Assembly: GCA_964618535.1 (NCBI GenBank)
Contig: CAZUAW010000004.1
Location: 1-26,520, forward strand
DNA: 26,520 nt
Source of the DNA: an uncultured Thiotrichales bacterium
Lineage (GTDB): Bacteria > Pseudomonadota > Gammaproteobacteria > UWMA-0217
Direction of reading: 5' to 3'
Shown here in pieces: positions 8,777 through 18,075 of this stretch. The notes under the pieces were generated by a model. The model did no database searches and was not told the DNA's origin. It saw only the letters and a list, made by a program, of their open reading frames with translations. The stretch's first letter is position 1; every line of letters starts with the position of its first letter. Both the position numbers and the translations under genes were made by a program.

Positions 8777-11515
8777 CTATCCTGCTTTTCTTTGCCACGG
8801 ACGCGAAACACTTCGTTTATCATTGGTTGATAACGACTTGTTCTGATTGCTATGTGGATCCAATTTAAAATAAGCCACCAGATTAGATAGCTTTTGTGAT
8901 TCTTCCAAGAGTGAACCACTTACATCTGAGGTTTTACTCACCAGACTAGTATTTTGTTGGAGTGAATTATCAAACTGAATCACCGCGTTGTTAACTTGAT
9001 CCATGCCAATGGTTTGTTCTGCTCCTGCTGATGAAATCTCGTCCATATGTTGACTAACTTTAGAAACTGTTAGAATGATTTCATCCAGATGATGCCCAGA
9101 AACATCTACTAACTGAGAACCTTCTTCTATCTTATTAGCCGTATCTTTAATTAAAACATTAATTCGTTTTGCCGCTTCTGAACTTCTCTGAGCCAGATCT
9201 CTGACTTCTGTTGCGACGACGGCAAATCCACGCCCTTGCTCACCAGCATGCGCAGCCTCAACAGCAGCATTAAGTGCCAACAGGTTTGTTTGAAAAGCGA
9301 TTTCTTCGATAACTGTTGTAATATCCGTTATTTTTGCACTTGCCTTGTTAATCTCTGCCATAGCCTGAGTGGTGTTAAGAACAGCATTACCGCCTTTTTC
9401 AGCCTGATCCTTTGCTTTTTTCGCTAGTAGATTAGCCTCATCAACATTTTCACCATTTCGTCTAACTGTTCCTGTGATTTCTTCCATGCTGGCAGCGGTT
9501 TTTTCAATATTGTTGGCTTGCTCGCCAGTCCGTTGTTTCAAACTCTTGTTCCCGTCAACAATGTCACCGACATTATCGCGCATGCTCTCAGCAGAATGCC
9601 TTATTTTGCTAATGACATCTTTCAGCTGATCCACAGTCTCATTTGCATTTTGCTTTAATTCATTAAATGACCCTTGGTAAGTCCGAGATACAGTCTCAGT
9701 CAGTTCACCTTTTGCCAGCGCGCTAAGTACTCGGCCAACGTCACCAACGACTTGTTCATTAACATCCAACAAATCATTGATTGAACCAGCCAGTCTACCG
9801 GCAAAGCCATTACCTTCTTTCGCTATTTGCAATCTTCCACTTAAATTACCGCTCTGAGCCTGATGAACAATTTTGTTGATGGAGTTTTCTATTTTCAACT
9901 GCTCAGTACGATCATCCCATTCAAGTACAACTCCAATTTTATTCCCTTCATCATCCAGTATTCGATTGGCAGTAATACGGAAAGTTAAGTTGCCGATTTC
10001 TTCGTCTGCTACAGATGTTACACCCAGTTGCATTAGCTGATGTCTATTGAGCGATTTAATTGCTTTAAAAATATCAATACTGTTTCCAACCAATCCTTCT
10101 GATTCAAATTCAGACAACGCCAACTTAAACTCGTTCTGCCTAGCTCGAAATGTCGTCATTAAAGAACCATTCAAATAAATTATTTCGAAAGACGAATTAA
10201 TGACCATGACATTGGTTTGCACATTATCCAACGCCTGCTTTATACGTCCCGATTCAATGGATTTTTGGCGTTCTTCAGCAATCTGCTGACGGAGCTGGCT
10301 TTGCATTGAATCGAGCGATTTCAATAGTCTCCCTGTCTCGTCATCTGCACCAGGTTCAATAGTATTGGAGAAATTACCACCGGCGATAGAACGGGCAATG
10401 TCAGCTGCTTTCTTTAATGAACCAATAATTTGCCCTGACATCAGCCATGTCAGTAAAGAGACGAAAGCCAAAAACCCAATTCCGGTTATCACTGCCCGTA
10501 CCAGCTTTGTATAGTAAAGCGTACTAACATCATCCAGAGTAGCGTTGAGATGATCCGTCTGAAATTGAATTAATTCATCAAGGTCTAGGTGCAGACGATT
10601 TAGAGCTGGCATAACCTCCGTCTCCACAAGATACGCATCCATTCTCCATGTTTCACCACCATGTAATTTAATAAGCTCATTAGTCTTAAGAAAAACAGTC
10701 TGGGAAACTTTTTCTATACTCTCTAAAGAATCAACTTGATCAAGTGTCAAATCATCAGACCTCCCTTTAAGGCGTGACATATTTTGTTCAAAACTGATTC
10801 TGTAGGCATCCAATTCAACCAGAGAAGCCTCACTTCTAAACGCCAGAAAAGCACGTATCGAATTCATGATATTCGTCCAAGAATACCTCACTTCGTTAAT
10901 ATCATTTAAGATCTCTTTACGCAGTGGCGTAGCTTCTTCTTCCAACTCAGTAAAAAGCATTTTCCCAAGCATCTGCAATACTTCTTTACTACGTGGACTC
11001 ACTTCAGCTGCGGCAAGCTCTCTGGCTGGAAAATTCTTTAAATCATTCTCAGAAATTTGGATTAATTTCCCGTCCAGTTCTGAATATGCCTGCAAATTAG
11101 TTTGTAACGACTGAAGAAGGACTGAAGTTTCATTATTACCAGTGGAAATCAGAAGCGCTTCAATCGAATCCAATTCTTTCTCGAGCAGTTGAATCTTTTT
11201 ATGCGATTTTTCCAGTTGCGCTGGGGCTTTACTAAATAAATAAAATCCCATCGACCCTGACGATGCTTCCAACAATTCTTTTGCCTTATTTAAATGCATT
11301 AAGGCTGGCTGCACGTCAGTAACAAAATGATCAACCTGTTTATGTACTGTTGATAGAGCAGAAATTTCATCAAGACTGATAGAGACGATAGCAATGGCAG
11401 TCACCGAAAAACTAATCCAGAGTTTTGATTTAAGTGACAATCCCATAATCCAGTTTTTCAATTTGTTTTGTTTTCCTTGAACGGTCAATTTTTGATTAGT
11501 GCTTTTTGTTTGCAT
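8777..11515 (-). CDS. Methyl-accepting chemotaxis protein: TM - ~290 aa helical periplasmic sensor - TM - HAMP - PAS - HAMPs - MA
   Basis: TM1 [18 protein letters not shown]2 [65 protein letters not shown]...VLEWDDRT, tip [30 protein letters not shown]. Confidence 0.93.
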   Translation of the reverse strand: MQTKSTNQKLTVQGKQNKLKNWIMGLSLKSKLWISFSVTAIAIVSISLDEISALSTVHKQVDHFVTDVQPALMHLNKAKELLEASSGSMGFYLFSKAPAQLEKSHKKIQLLEKELDSIEALLISTGNNETSVLLQSLQTNLQAYSELDGKLIQISENDLKNFPARELAAAEVSPRSKEVLQMLGKMLFTELEEEATPLRKEILNDINEVRYSWTNIMNSIRAFLAFRSEASLVELDAYRISFEQNMSRLKGRSDDLTLDQVDSLESIEKVSQTVFLKTNELIKLHGGETWRMDAYLVETEVMPALNRLHLDLDELIQFQTDHLNATLDDVSTLYYTKLVRAVITGIGFLAFVSLLTWLMSGQIIGSLKKAADIARSIAGGNFSNTIEPGADDETGRLLKSLDSMQSQLRQQIAEERQKSIESGRIKQALDNVQTNVMVINSSFEIIYLNGSLMTTFRARQNEFKLALSEFESEGLVGNSIDIFKAIKSLNRHQLMQLGVTSVADEEIGNLTFRITANRILDDEGNKIGVVLEWDDRTEQLKIENSINKIVHQAQSGNLSGRLQIAKEGNGFAGRLAGSINDLLDVNEQVVGDVGRVLSALAKGELTETVSRTYQGSFNELKQNANETVDQLKDVISKIRHSAESMRDNVGDIVDGNKSLKQRTGEQANNIEKTAASMEEITGTVRRNGENVDEANLLAKKAKDQAEKGGNAVLNTTQAMAEINKASAKITDITTVIEEIAFQTNLLALNAAVEAAHAGEQGRGFAVVATEVRDLAQRSSEAAKRINVLIKDTANKIEEGSQLVDVSGHHLDEIILTVSKVSQHMDEISSAGAEQTIGMDQVNNAVIQFDNSLQQNTSLVSKTSDVSGSLLEESQKLSNLVAYFKLDPHSNQNKSLSTNDKRSVSRPWQRKAG

Positions 11516-11722
11516 GCTCTTCCCTGTCTCAAACTGACTGATGTTGCGAGGTATTATTACTTTTAAATAAGTACGTAACGTGAATTAATTCTATGTTTTC
11601 ATGTTTCACTGGTAATTTATTGATCTATGGCATCTAGATAGAGACGAGGAGTAAAATCTACAGCGCTTAGAGTGCTTTCGAGTAACTTCTTTTCCAGTTT
11701 TCGCCTTTAAGTAATTTCAAAT

Positions 11723-12682
11723 TTACGCGGCTTTTTTATGCTTCATCACCAATCTAGATATAGTCGACGCCAGTTCTGCCGGATTAAGCTTAGGAACGTA
11801 GGCATCAACACCAATATTCTCACCCAAACTTTGATTACTATGCGCTGATAGCGATGAATGCATAATCACTGGAATTCCCGTAAATCTCGGATCACTTTTA
11901 ATTTTTTTAGTTAGCACATAACCATCCATGCCAGGCATTTCAATATCAGTAATGATGCAATTCACATCAGCTTGTAATGGATGGCCATTTTGTTCCGCCC
12001 GGTCGGCAAGCGTGTTCAGCTGCCGCCACGCCACCTCTCCATCTACCTCGCTGGCATAGCTAATTCCGAGGTGATCTAGCACCCGTCTCATCTGCCCTCT
12101 GGCGACGCGGGAATCATCACAAAAGAACACCTTAATGCCTTGTAAACTATCCCGTTCAATGCCATTGATATTGGCTTCTTCACGGCTTCCAAGCACATCT
12201 GACAAGACTTTTTCCACGTCCAGTAACATCAAAGTGCGAGCCTCACCCATTTGATAGATACCTGTCAGTAGCCCGGATTGATTGCCATCGGGCTGCGCTG
12301 GCGGCAATTTAATATCCCCCCAGGCAAGTCGCTCTATGGTTTCTACTTCGTGTGCTAAAAGCCCCTGAACCTGCCGATTGTATTCTGTAATTATGAGTAT
12401 TTTTGCAGGCTCTTCGGATTCGATACCACAAAACTTAGGCAAATCAATCACAGGAATAGATTGCCCTCTCACGGTAACAATCCCTACCAGGCAATCTTGA
12501 GCATTGGGCAAAGGTGTAATATCAGGTATCGCCATTAACTCTCTAACCTTAAACACGTTTATGCCAAACACTAGTTCTTTATTGGTCTTTTTATCTTTGC
12601 CTAAACTAAACAGCAGCGCTTCCAGGTGATTACTACCAGCAAGTTGGCTGCGATCTTCGATGGATTGCATTAGGTCATTCAC
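11723..12682 (-). CDS. cheV: Chemotaxis protein CheV (CheW + receiver)
   Basis: SQLAGSNHLEALLFSL, FGINVFKVRE, TVRGQSIPVIDL; receiver CDDSRVAR...ITDIEMPGMDGY. GTG start with SD GGAGA. Confidence 0.93.
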   Translation of the reverse strand: MNDLMQSIEDRSQLAGSNHLEALLFSLGKDKKTNKELVFGINVFKVRELMAIPDITPLPNAQDCLVGIVTVRGQSIPVIDLPKFCGIESEEPAKILIITEYNRQVQGLLAHEVETIERLAWGDIKLPPAQPDGNQSGLLTGIYQMGEARTLMLLDVEKVLSDVLGSREEANINGIERDSLQGIKVFFCDDSRVARGQMRRVLDHLGISYASEVDGEVAWRQLNTLADRAEQNGHPLQADVNCIITDIEMPGMDGYVLTKKIKSDPRFTGIPVIMHSSLSAHSNQSLGENIGVDAYVPKLNPAELASTISRLVMKHKKAA

Positions 12683-12844
12683 AGATCAATCTCCACAATA
12701 TTTTATAGCGCTGAGCGTCGTATCAAACAATCGACGAATGTCACAAAACCAGCGTTAATGAATTAGATTGATATAGGAGCAAGATTCACGCCAGATCATG
12801 GCGGTCATCAGATGATTCTCGTAGCAGGGGAACAAAACAATATT

Positions 12845-12864
12845 GGTGAGACGAACGTCTCATC
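12845..12864 (-). terminator. Candidate terminator hairpin downstream of der
   Basis: Perfect inverted repeat TGAGACG-AA-CGTCTCA, followed on the minus strand by AATATTGTTTTG. The U-tract is imperfect. Confidence 0.45.
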
Positions 12865-12871
12865 GAAGATA

Positions 12872-12907
12872 AATTACTAGTGTGGAATTACTAGTGTGGG
12901 AATTACT
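12872..12907. repeat. 14-bp tandem duplication AATTACTAGTGTGG x2 plus a partial third copy overlapping the der stop
   Basis: Read directly: 12872-12885 and 12886-12899 are identical, then G, then AATTACT (12901-12907). Confidence 0.9.
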
Positions 12908-14300
12908 TACTGAGTCTGCGCTCGCGATCCTGCTCGTATTTTTGTCGCGGAGTGAGCTTGGTACGCTTCTGTTTAGTCGCGTAGGGATTCTCACCAGTTT
13001 TAAATTCCAGTCGAATTGGCGAACCAACAACTTTTAATTTATCGCGGAAGAAGTTAATCAGATAGCGTTTATAAACATCGGGTACAAATTTGGTTTGATT
13101 GCCATGTAAGACGATCACCGGAGGCCGCCGACCGCCTTGATGAGCGTAGCGGAGTTTGATGCGTCGGCCACGCACCAGCGGTGGCTGATGACGAGCAATC
13201 GCCTCTTCCAGTAATCGGGTCAATACGGTGGTGGAGAGTTCTATTCTGGCAGAGTTATGGGCACGCTTAACCGCATCATAAAGCAGGCCTACGTTCGAAC
13301 CATGCAGCGCTGAAATATTAAAACGCTCGGCAAAATCAAGAAACGGCAATTTTAGTTTGTACTGGGACATGCGGCTTTCACGCTCTTCCGTACTTAATCC
13401 ATCCCATTTATTCAGCACCACAATAATCGCACGACCAGCACGTAGCGCCATGCCAATGAGGTGCACATCCTGATCCGTAATCGCCTCGTGCATATCCAGC
13501 ACGTTAATCACAACATCGGCTTTTTCAATGGCATCCAGCGTTTTCACGACGCTGAATTTCTCAACTGTTTCTTTCACCTTGCCACGACGACGCACGCCAG
13601 CAGTATCAATCAGCGTGTATTTTTGACCCTCGCGCTCAAACGGAATGTAGATGCTATCGCGGGTGGTGCCAGGGATATCGCTAACAACCACACGGTTTTC
13701 ACCCATAATACGATTGACCAGCGTAGATTTTCCAACATTGGGTCGGCCAATAAACGCAATCCGAATGTCTTTGCGATCGCGCTCACTCTCACGAGATTCT
13801 TCACTGTCTTCCTGCGCATCTTCGCCCAGCACCGCGTGAATAAGCTGGGTCACGCCTCGGCCATGCGAGCTGGCGATGGGTAACGGGCCATCGAACCCAA
13901 ATCCATAGAACTCTGTCAGCGCCTGATCGGCTGCAATGCCATCGGTTTTATTCACGGCAAGAAAAACAGGTTTTCCCACACGGCGTAATTGAGCGCCGAT
14001 AACCTCATCGGCAGGAGTTAGACCAGCACGACCATCCACCAGCCAGATAATCCGGTCAGCCTCATCAATTCCCAAACGAGTTTGCCCCATCATCAACGCG
14101 TTAAGCTGATCAGACTCATCGGTGATACCACCAGTATCAATGACAAAATAGTCGCCACCCAGTCGGCCAACGCCGTATTGGCGATCTCGCGTCAGACCAG
14201 GAAAGTCAGCCACCAACGCATCTCTGCTGCGAGTCAGTTGATTAAATAAGGTGGATTTACCGACATTGGGACGGCCTACCAGAGCGATAACGGGTTTCAA
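12903..14300 (-). CDS. der: Ribosome biogenesis GTPase Der (EngA)
   Basis: Two G domains (GRPNVGKS twice; DTGG and DTAG; NKTD and NKWD) plus KH-like C-terminus. Start placed at TTG 14300 (MKPVIALVGRPNVGKS), 465 aa. Confidence 0.97.
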   Translation of the reverse strand: MKPVIALVGRPNVGKSTLFNQLTRSRDALVADFPGLTRDRQYGVGRLGGDYFVIDTGGITDESDQLNALMMGQTRLGIDEADRIIWLVDGRAGLTPADEVIGAQLRRVGKPVFLAVNKTDGIAADQALTEFYGFGFDGPLPIASSHGRGVTQLIHAVLGEDAQEDSEESRESERDRKDIRIAFIGRPNVGKSTLVNRIMGENRVVVSDIPGTTRDSIYIPFEREGQKYTLIDTAGVRRRGKVKETVEKFSVVKTLDAIEKADVVINVLDMHEAITDQDVHLIGMALRAGRAIIVVLNKWDGLSTEERESRMSQYKLKLPFLDFAERFNISALHGSNVGLLYDAVKRAHNSARIELSTTVLTRLLEEAIARHQPPLVRGRRIKLRYAHQGGRRPPVIVLHGNQTKFVPDVYKRYLINFFRDKLKVVGSPIRLEFKTGENPYATKQKRTKLTPRQKYEQDRERRLSK

Positions 14301-14417
14301 AGGAGTCAGGGTTGCTGGGAAGTAAATCGAAGTATGTATCAGAGAGCCGCATGGAGCAATCGTATACGCTATATAATGAGTGTAACTTATGAGTGATGTA
14401 TACCAACAATAGACTGA

Positions 14418-14447
14418 TTGGTATTCTAGCCACCGCATTGTCATAAT
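14418..14447 (+). promoter_or_regulatory. Putative sigma70 promoter for degP/mucD
   Basis: TTGGTA-N18-CATAAT with extended -10 TG (14439-14440) and a GC-rich discriminator GGCGCGC. Motif match only. Confidence 0.4.
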
Positions 14448-14471
14448 GGCGCGCTTTCAACGCGCTTTCAA
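14443..14471 (-). promoter_or_regulatory. Putative sigma70 promoter for der
   Basis: Minus strand TTGAAA-N17-CATTAT. Motif match only. Confidence 0.4.
14450..14471. repeat. 11-bp tandem duplication CGCGCTTTCAA x2
   Basis: Read directly: 14450-14460 and 14461-14471. Confidence 0.9.
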
Positions 14472-14533
14472 TATGGCAGCCATTCGTAGCACACTAACTT
14501 ACACACCTAAATATAGCGTTTCTGGAATTAATT

Positions 14534-15988
14534 ATGCACATTCACACCTACCTACCTCGGCTTCTAGCCACGCTATTTATGTTCTGGATAACTGCCAGCC
14601 CAACGTTAGCCAGCGTTCAGGGACTACCCGATTTCACAGCCATCGTCGAAAACAACGGTGCTGCTGTGGTCAATATCAGTACCACCTACAAAGCTAAGCC
14701 TCATGGAATGTCAGGCAATTTTGGGCTACCCGATTCCTCAGAATCAGAGCTTCTTAATGACTTTTTGCGCAAATTTCTGGAGCAACACCCAGACATGCAA
14801 AAACCCCCACACGGCTCACAACCAGACGATGATGGTGAAAATTTTGAATCCAATTCACTCGGCTCCGGCTTCATCATTTCTGCGGATGGCTATGTGGTCA
14901 CTAATCATCATGTGATTGCCGATGCTTCCGAGATTGTCGTCAGAATGAGCAATCGTAAAGAATTTACCGCAGAAGTTATCGGCTCTGATCCACGCTCTGA
15001 TGTCGCCCTGCTTAAAATCGAAGCCACCAACTTACCCATATTGAAACTCGGCAGTGCCGATAAACTCAAAGTCGGTGAATGGGTGCTGGCGATTGGCTCA
15101 CCTTTTAATTTCGATCATTCAGTTACAGCTGGAATTATCAGTGCCAAAGGACGTAGCCTGCCCTCTGAGCAATATATCCCTTTCCTCCAGACTGATGTGG
15201 CGATTAACCCCGGCAACTCCGGTGGACCATTGTTTAATCTCGATGGCGAAGTGGTCGGCATCAACTCTCAAATCTACAGCCGTACTGGTGGATTTATGGG
15301 CGTATCATTTGCCATTCCGATTGAAGTCGCGATGGAAGTGGTTGAGCAACTTAAACAGCATGGCAAGGTAACGCGCGGCTGGTTGGGCGTTTACATTCAA
15401 GAAATCACCAGTGATCTGGCTGAATCATTTGGCATGAAACGGCCTCGCGGCGCGCTGGTTGCTCAGGTACTCGGCGAAAGTCCCGCTGAAAAGTCCGGTG
15501 TTGAAGTGGGGGATGTTTTACTCAGCTTTAATTCACATGGTCTCTCGCACTCAACAGACTTGCCTCCGCTGGTTGGCCGTGTGCCCATCGGCAACAAAGC
15601 AATCCTCAAACTGTTACGCGATGGTAAAGAACTGGAGCTTGATGTCGTCATCGAAGCACTGCCTGATGAAGACAAGTTAGCATCCAGCCGACGCAAAGCA
15701 GGTGAGAACAAACAGACGCTACTGGGTCTGGTCGTTAGCCCACTTACCGATGAAATCAGGGAAAAGGCAAGCGTCTCTCGTGGAGTGATCGTTGACAAGG
15801 TCTCCTCTGGTCCGGCTAAAAAAGCCGGTATTCGCAGTGGCGATATTATTGTATCGCTCAACAACCAATCGGTTAATGATGTCGAAAATTTGGATAAAAT
15901 TGTTAAAGACCTGCCAAAAGATCGCTCCATTGCGGTACTTGTACAGCGTGATGGCTCACCGATTTTCTTACCCTTAAAGCTTGAATAA
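14534..15988 (+). CDS. Periplasmic serine endoprotease DegP/DegQ/MucD (Do family)
   Basis: Signal peptide; catalytic motifs TNHHV, RSDVAL, NPGNSGGPL; two PDZ domains. Confidence 0.95.
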   Translation: MHIHTYLPRLLATLFMFWITASPTLASVQGLPDFTAIVENNGAAVVNISTTYKAKPHGMSGNFGLPDSSESELLNDFLRKFLEQHPDMQKPPHGSQPDDDGENFESNSLGSGFIISADGYVVTNHHVIADASEIVVRMSNRKEFTAEVIGSDPRSDVALLKIEATNLPILKLGSADKLKVGEWVLAIGSPFNFDHSVTAGIISAKGRSLPSEQYIPFLQTDVAINPGNSGGPLFNLDGEVVGINSQIYSRTGGFMGVSFAIPIEVAMEVVEQLKQHGKVTRGWLGVYIQEITSDLAESFGMKRPRGALVAQVLGESPAEKSGVEVGDVLLSFNSHGLSHSTDLPPLVGRVPIGNKAILKLLRDGKELELDVVIEALPDEDKLASSRRKAGENKQTLLGLVVSPLTDEIREKASVSRGVIVDKVSSGPAKKAGIRSGDIIVSLNNQSVNDVENLDKIVKDLPKDRSIAVLVQRDGSPIFLPLKLE

Positions 15989-15996
15989 TTATTCGA

Positions 15997-16251
15997 TTGG
16001 CTGCTCGGTTTTTGATCACACTAACCATTTACTCCCGACTCTACTGTCACCTTTGTGAGGACATGTTGAACGCTTTAAAGAAACTCCAGGCGGTTCACCG
16101 CTTTGATCTTGAAATTATTGATATCGATGAAGATGCAACGCTGCGTGAACGCTTTAACGCCGATGTACCTGTGCTCGCCCGAGGTGAGCAGATTATCTGC
16201 AAACACTTTTACAACGAGCAAGCAATAGCGGATATTCTTCACGATGGATAA
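15997..16251 (+). CDS. Glutaredoxin-like protein
   Basis: [15 protein letters not shown] (CxxC), IIDID, VPVL. Start could be the TTG at 16012. Overlaps the lepA start. Confidence 0.8.
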   Translation: MAARFLITLTIYSRLYCHLCEDMLNALKKLQAVHRFDLEIIDIDEDATLRERFNADVPVLARGEQIICKHFYNEQAIADILHDG

Positions 16252-18043
16252 CCTTAAAAATATCCGCAATTTTTCAATCATTGCGCACATTGATCACGGT
16301 AAATCGACGCTTTCTGATCGCCTCATTCAAATCTGCGGCGGTCTCAGTGAACGGGAGATGGATAATCAAGTGCTCGACTCAATGGATATCGAGCGCGAAC
16401 GTGGCATCACCATCAAAGCACAAAGCGTCTCGCTCGATTACCACGCGAAAGATGGAGAAACTTACCAGCTTAACTTTATCGACACCCCTGGACACGTCGA
16501 TTTCTCCTACGAAGTCTCGCGCTCATTAACTGCTTGTGAAGGCGCGTTGCTGGTGGTTGATGCCTCCCAAGGTGTGGAAGCCCAGACCGTCGCCAATTGC
16601 TACACGGCACTGGATCTGGATGTCGAAGTGGTTGCGATTCTCAATAAAATTGATCTACCGGCGGCTGATCCAGAAAGAGTCATCCAGGAAATTGAAGACG
16701 TGATTGGCATCGATGCCGAAGGCGCACTCGGTGTCAGCGCAAAATCTGGTGAAGGCATTGATGAACTGCTGGAACTGATAGTTGAACGTATTCCCGCACC
16801 CGTCGGGGACGCTGAAAAACCCACCAAGGCATTGATCATTGACTCCTGGTTTGATAATTATCTCGGCGTTGTATCGCTGGTGCGCGTGTTCCAAGGCAGC
16901 TTGAAGAAAAAACAAAAGATCATGGCAATGTCGACCAAACAGGCTTATCAGATCGACAAGCTGGGCATTTTCATGCCCAAGCCTCAGGACAGAGACATGC
17001 TCAATGTCGGCGAAGTAGGCTTCGTCATTGCCGGCATCAAGGACATCGACGCTGCCAGAGTTGGCGATACCTTTACGCTGGTCAACGATCCCGCAGAAGA
17101 AGCCGTACCGGGCTTTAAGGAAGTTCAGCCGAAGGTATTCGCCGGTCTTTTCCCTGTCAGCTCAGATGATTACGAAGGCCTGCGTGATGCGCTCAACAAA
17201 CTTCGATTAAACGATGCCTCGCTCAAGTATGAGCCAGAAACCTCCCAGGCTTTGGGCTTCGGTTTTCGTTGCGGCTTCCTAGGCATGCTGCACATGGAGA
17301 TTATTCAGGAGCGATTGGAGCGCGAGTACAATCTGGATCTAATCACCACTGCACCAACAGTGATTTACCAGATTGAAAACACCAAGGGAGAAGTCTTGGA
17401 AGTCGACAATCCCAGCGACCTTCCCGCAGTCAATGAAATCGCAGAAATCCGCGAACCGATCATCCTCGCCAACATCCTCGTTCCGCAGGAATACATCGGC
17501 GATGTCATGACTCTGTGCATCGATAAACGCGGCGTGCAAAAAAAGATGCTGTATTTAGGGAACCAAGTCTCATTAGCGTACGAAATGCCGCTCAGTGAGG
17601 TAGTACTGGATTTTTTTGATCGGTTAAAATCTGTCAGTCGTGGATTTGCCTCGTTTGATTATCATTTTGAACGTTTTCAGAGTGCTGCACTGGTCAAGGT
17701 GGATATTCTGATCAACGGTGAGCGGGTTGATGCATTAGCTGTAATAATCCATCAAACAGACAGTCAGTCGCGTGGTCGGGAATTAACCAGTAAAATGAAA
17801 GAGATTATTCCTCGACAAATGTTTGATGTCGCAATACAAGCAGCAATCGGCAACCACGTGATTGCACGCTCAACCGTCAAGGCTTTGCGCAAAAACGTCA
17901 CTGCAAAATGCTATGGCGGAGACGTTTCGCGAAAACGAAAGTTGCTGGAAAAGCAGAAAGCAGGTAAAAAGCGCATGAAGCGCGTAGGAAGTGTCGAAAT
18001 ACCGCAGGAAGCATTTTTAGCTGTGCTCAAGGTTGGCGACTAG
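16244..18043 (+). CDS. lepA: Translation elongation factor 4 (LepA)
   Basis: [57 protein letters not shown]. Confidence 0.99.
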   Translation: MDNLKNIRNFSIIAHIDHGKSTLSDRLIQICGGLSEREMDNQVLDSMDIERERGITIKAQSVSLDYHAKDGETYQLNFIDTPGHVDFSYEVSRSLTACEGALLVVDASQGVEAQTVANCYTALDLDVEVVAILNKIDLPAADPERVIQEIEDVIGIDAEGALGVSAKSGEGIDELLELIVERIPAPVGDAEKPTKALIIDSWFDNYLGVVSLVRVFQGSLKKKQKIMAMSTKQAYQIDKLGIFMPKPQDRDMLNVGEVGFVIAGIKDIDAARVGDTFTLVNDPAEEAVPGFKEVQPKVFAGLFPVSSDDYEGLRDALNKLRLNDASLKYEPETSQALGFGFRCGFLGMLHMEIIQERLEREYNLDLITTAPTVIYQIENTKGEVLEVDNPSDLPAVNEIAEIREPIILANILVPQEYIGDVMTLCIDKRGVQKKMLYLGNQVSLAYEMPLSEVVLDFFDRLKSVSRGFASFDYHFERFQSAALVKVDILINGERVDALAVIIHQTDSQSRGRELTSKMKEIIPRQMFDVAIQAAIGNHVIARSTVKALRKNVTAKCYGGDVSRKRKLLEKQKAGKKRMKRVGSVEIPQEAFLAVLKVGD

Positions 18044-18075
18044 TTTTATACACAATAAGGATACTGAGAATTTAA

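Noticed and set aside
8766-12902. Imperfect inverted repeat (TTCCCAGCACACTA at ~8766 versus TAGTGTGGGAA at ~12892) as ends of a mobile MCP-cheV cassette
   Set aside because: Needs a 3-nt gap in an 11-nt match, which is compatible with chance; no transposase nearby.
8532-12902. Sigma28 (TAAA-N15-GCCGATAA), sigma54 or c-di-GMP riboswitch motifs in the che intergenic regions
   Set aside because: Searched by eye upstream of cheV, the MCP and cheA; no correctly spaced match or GEMM-like motif found.
12872-12907. Tandem repeat as a CRISPR remnant or TrpR operator
   Set aside because: No spacers or cas genes. The ACTAGT units are 14 nt apart and do not form the symmetric TrpR operator.
14301-14444. 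48-aa N-terminal extension of Der in the ORF track
   Set aside because: Der proteins begin at MKPVIALVGRPNVGKS (TTG 14300). The extension covers the intergenic promoter region.
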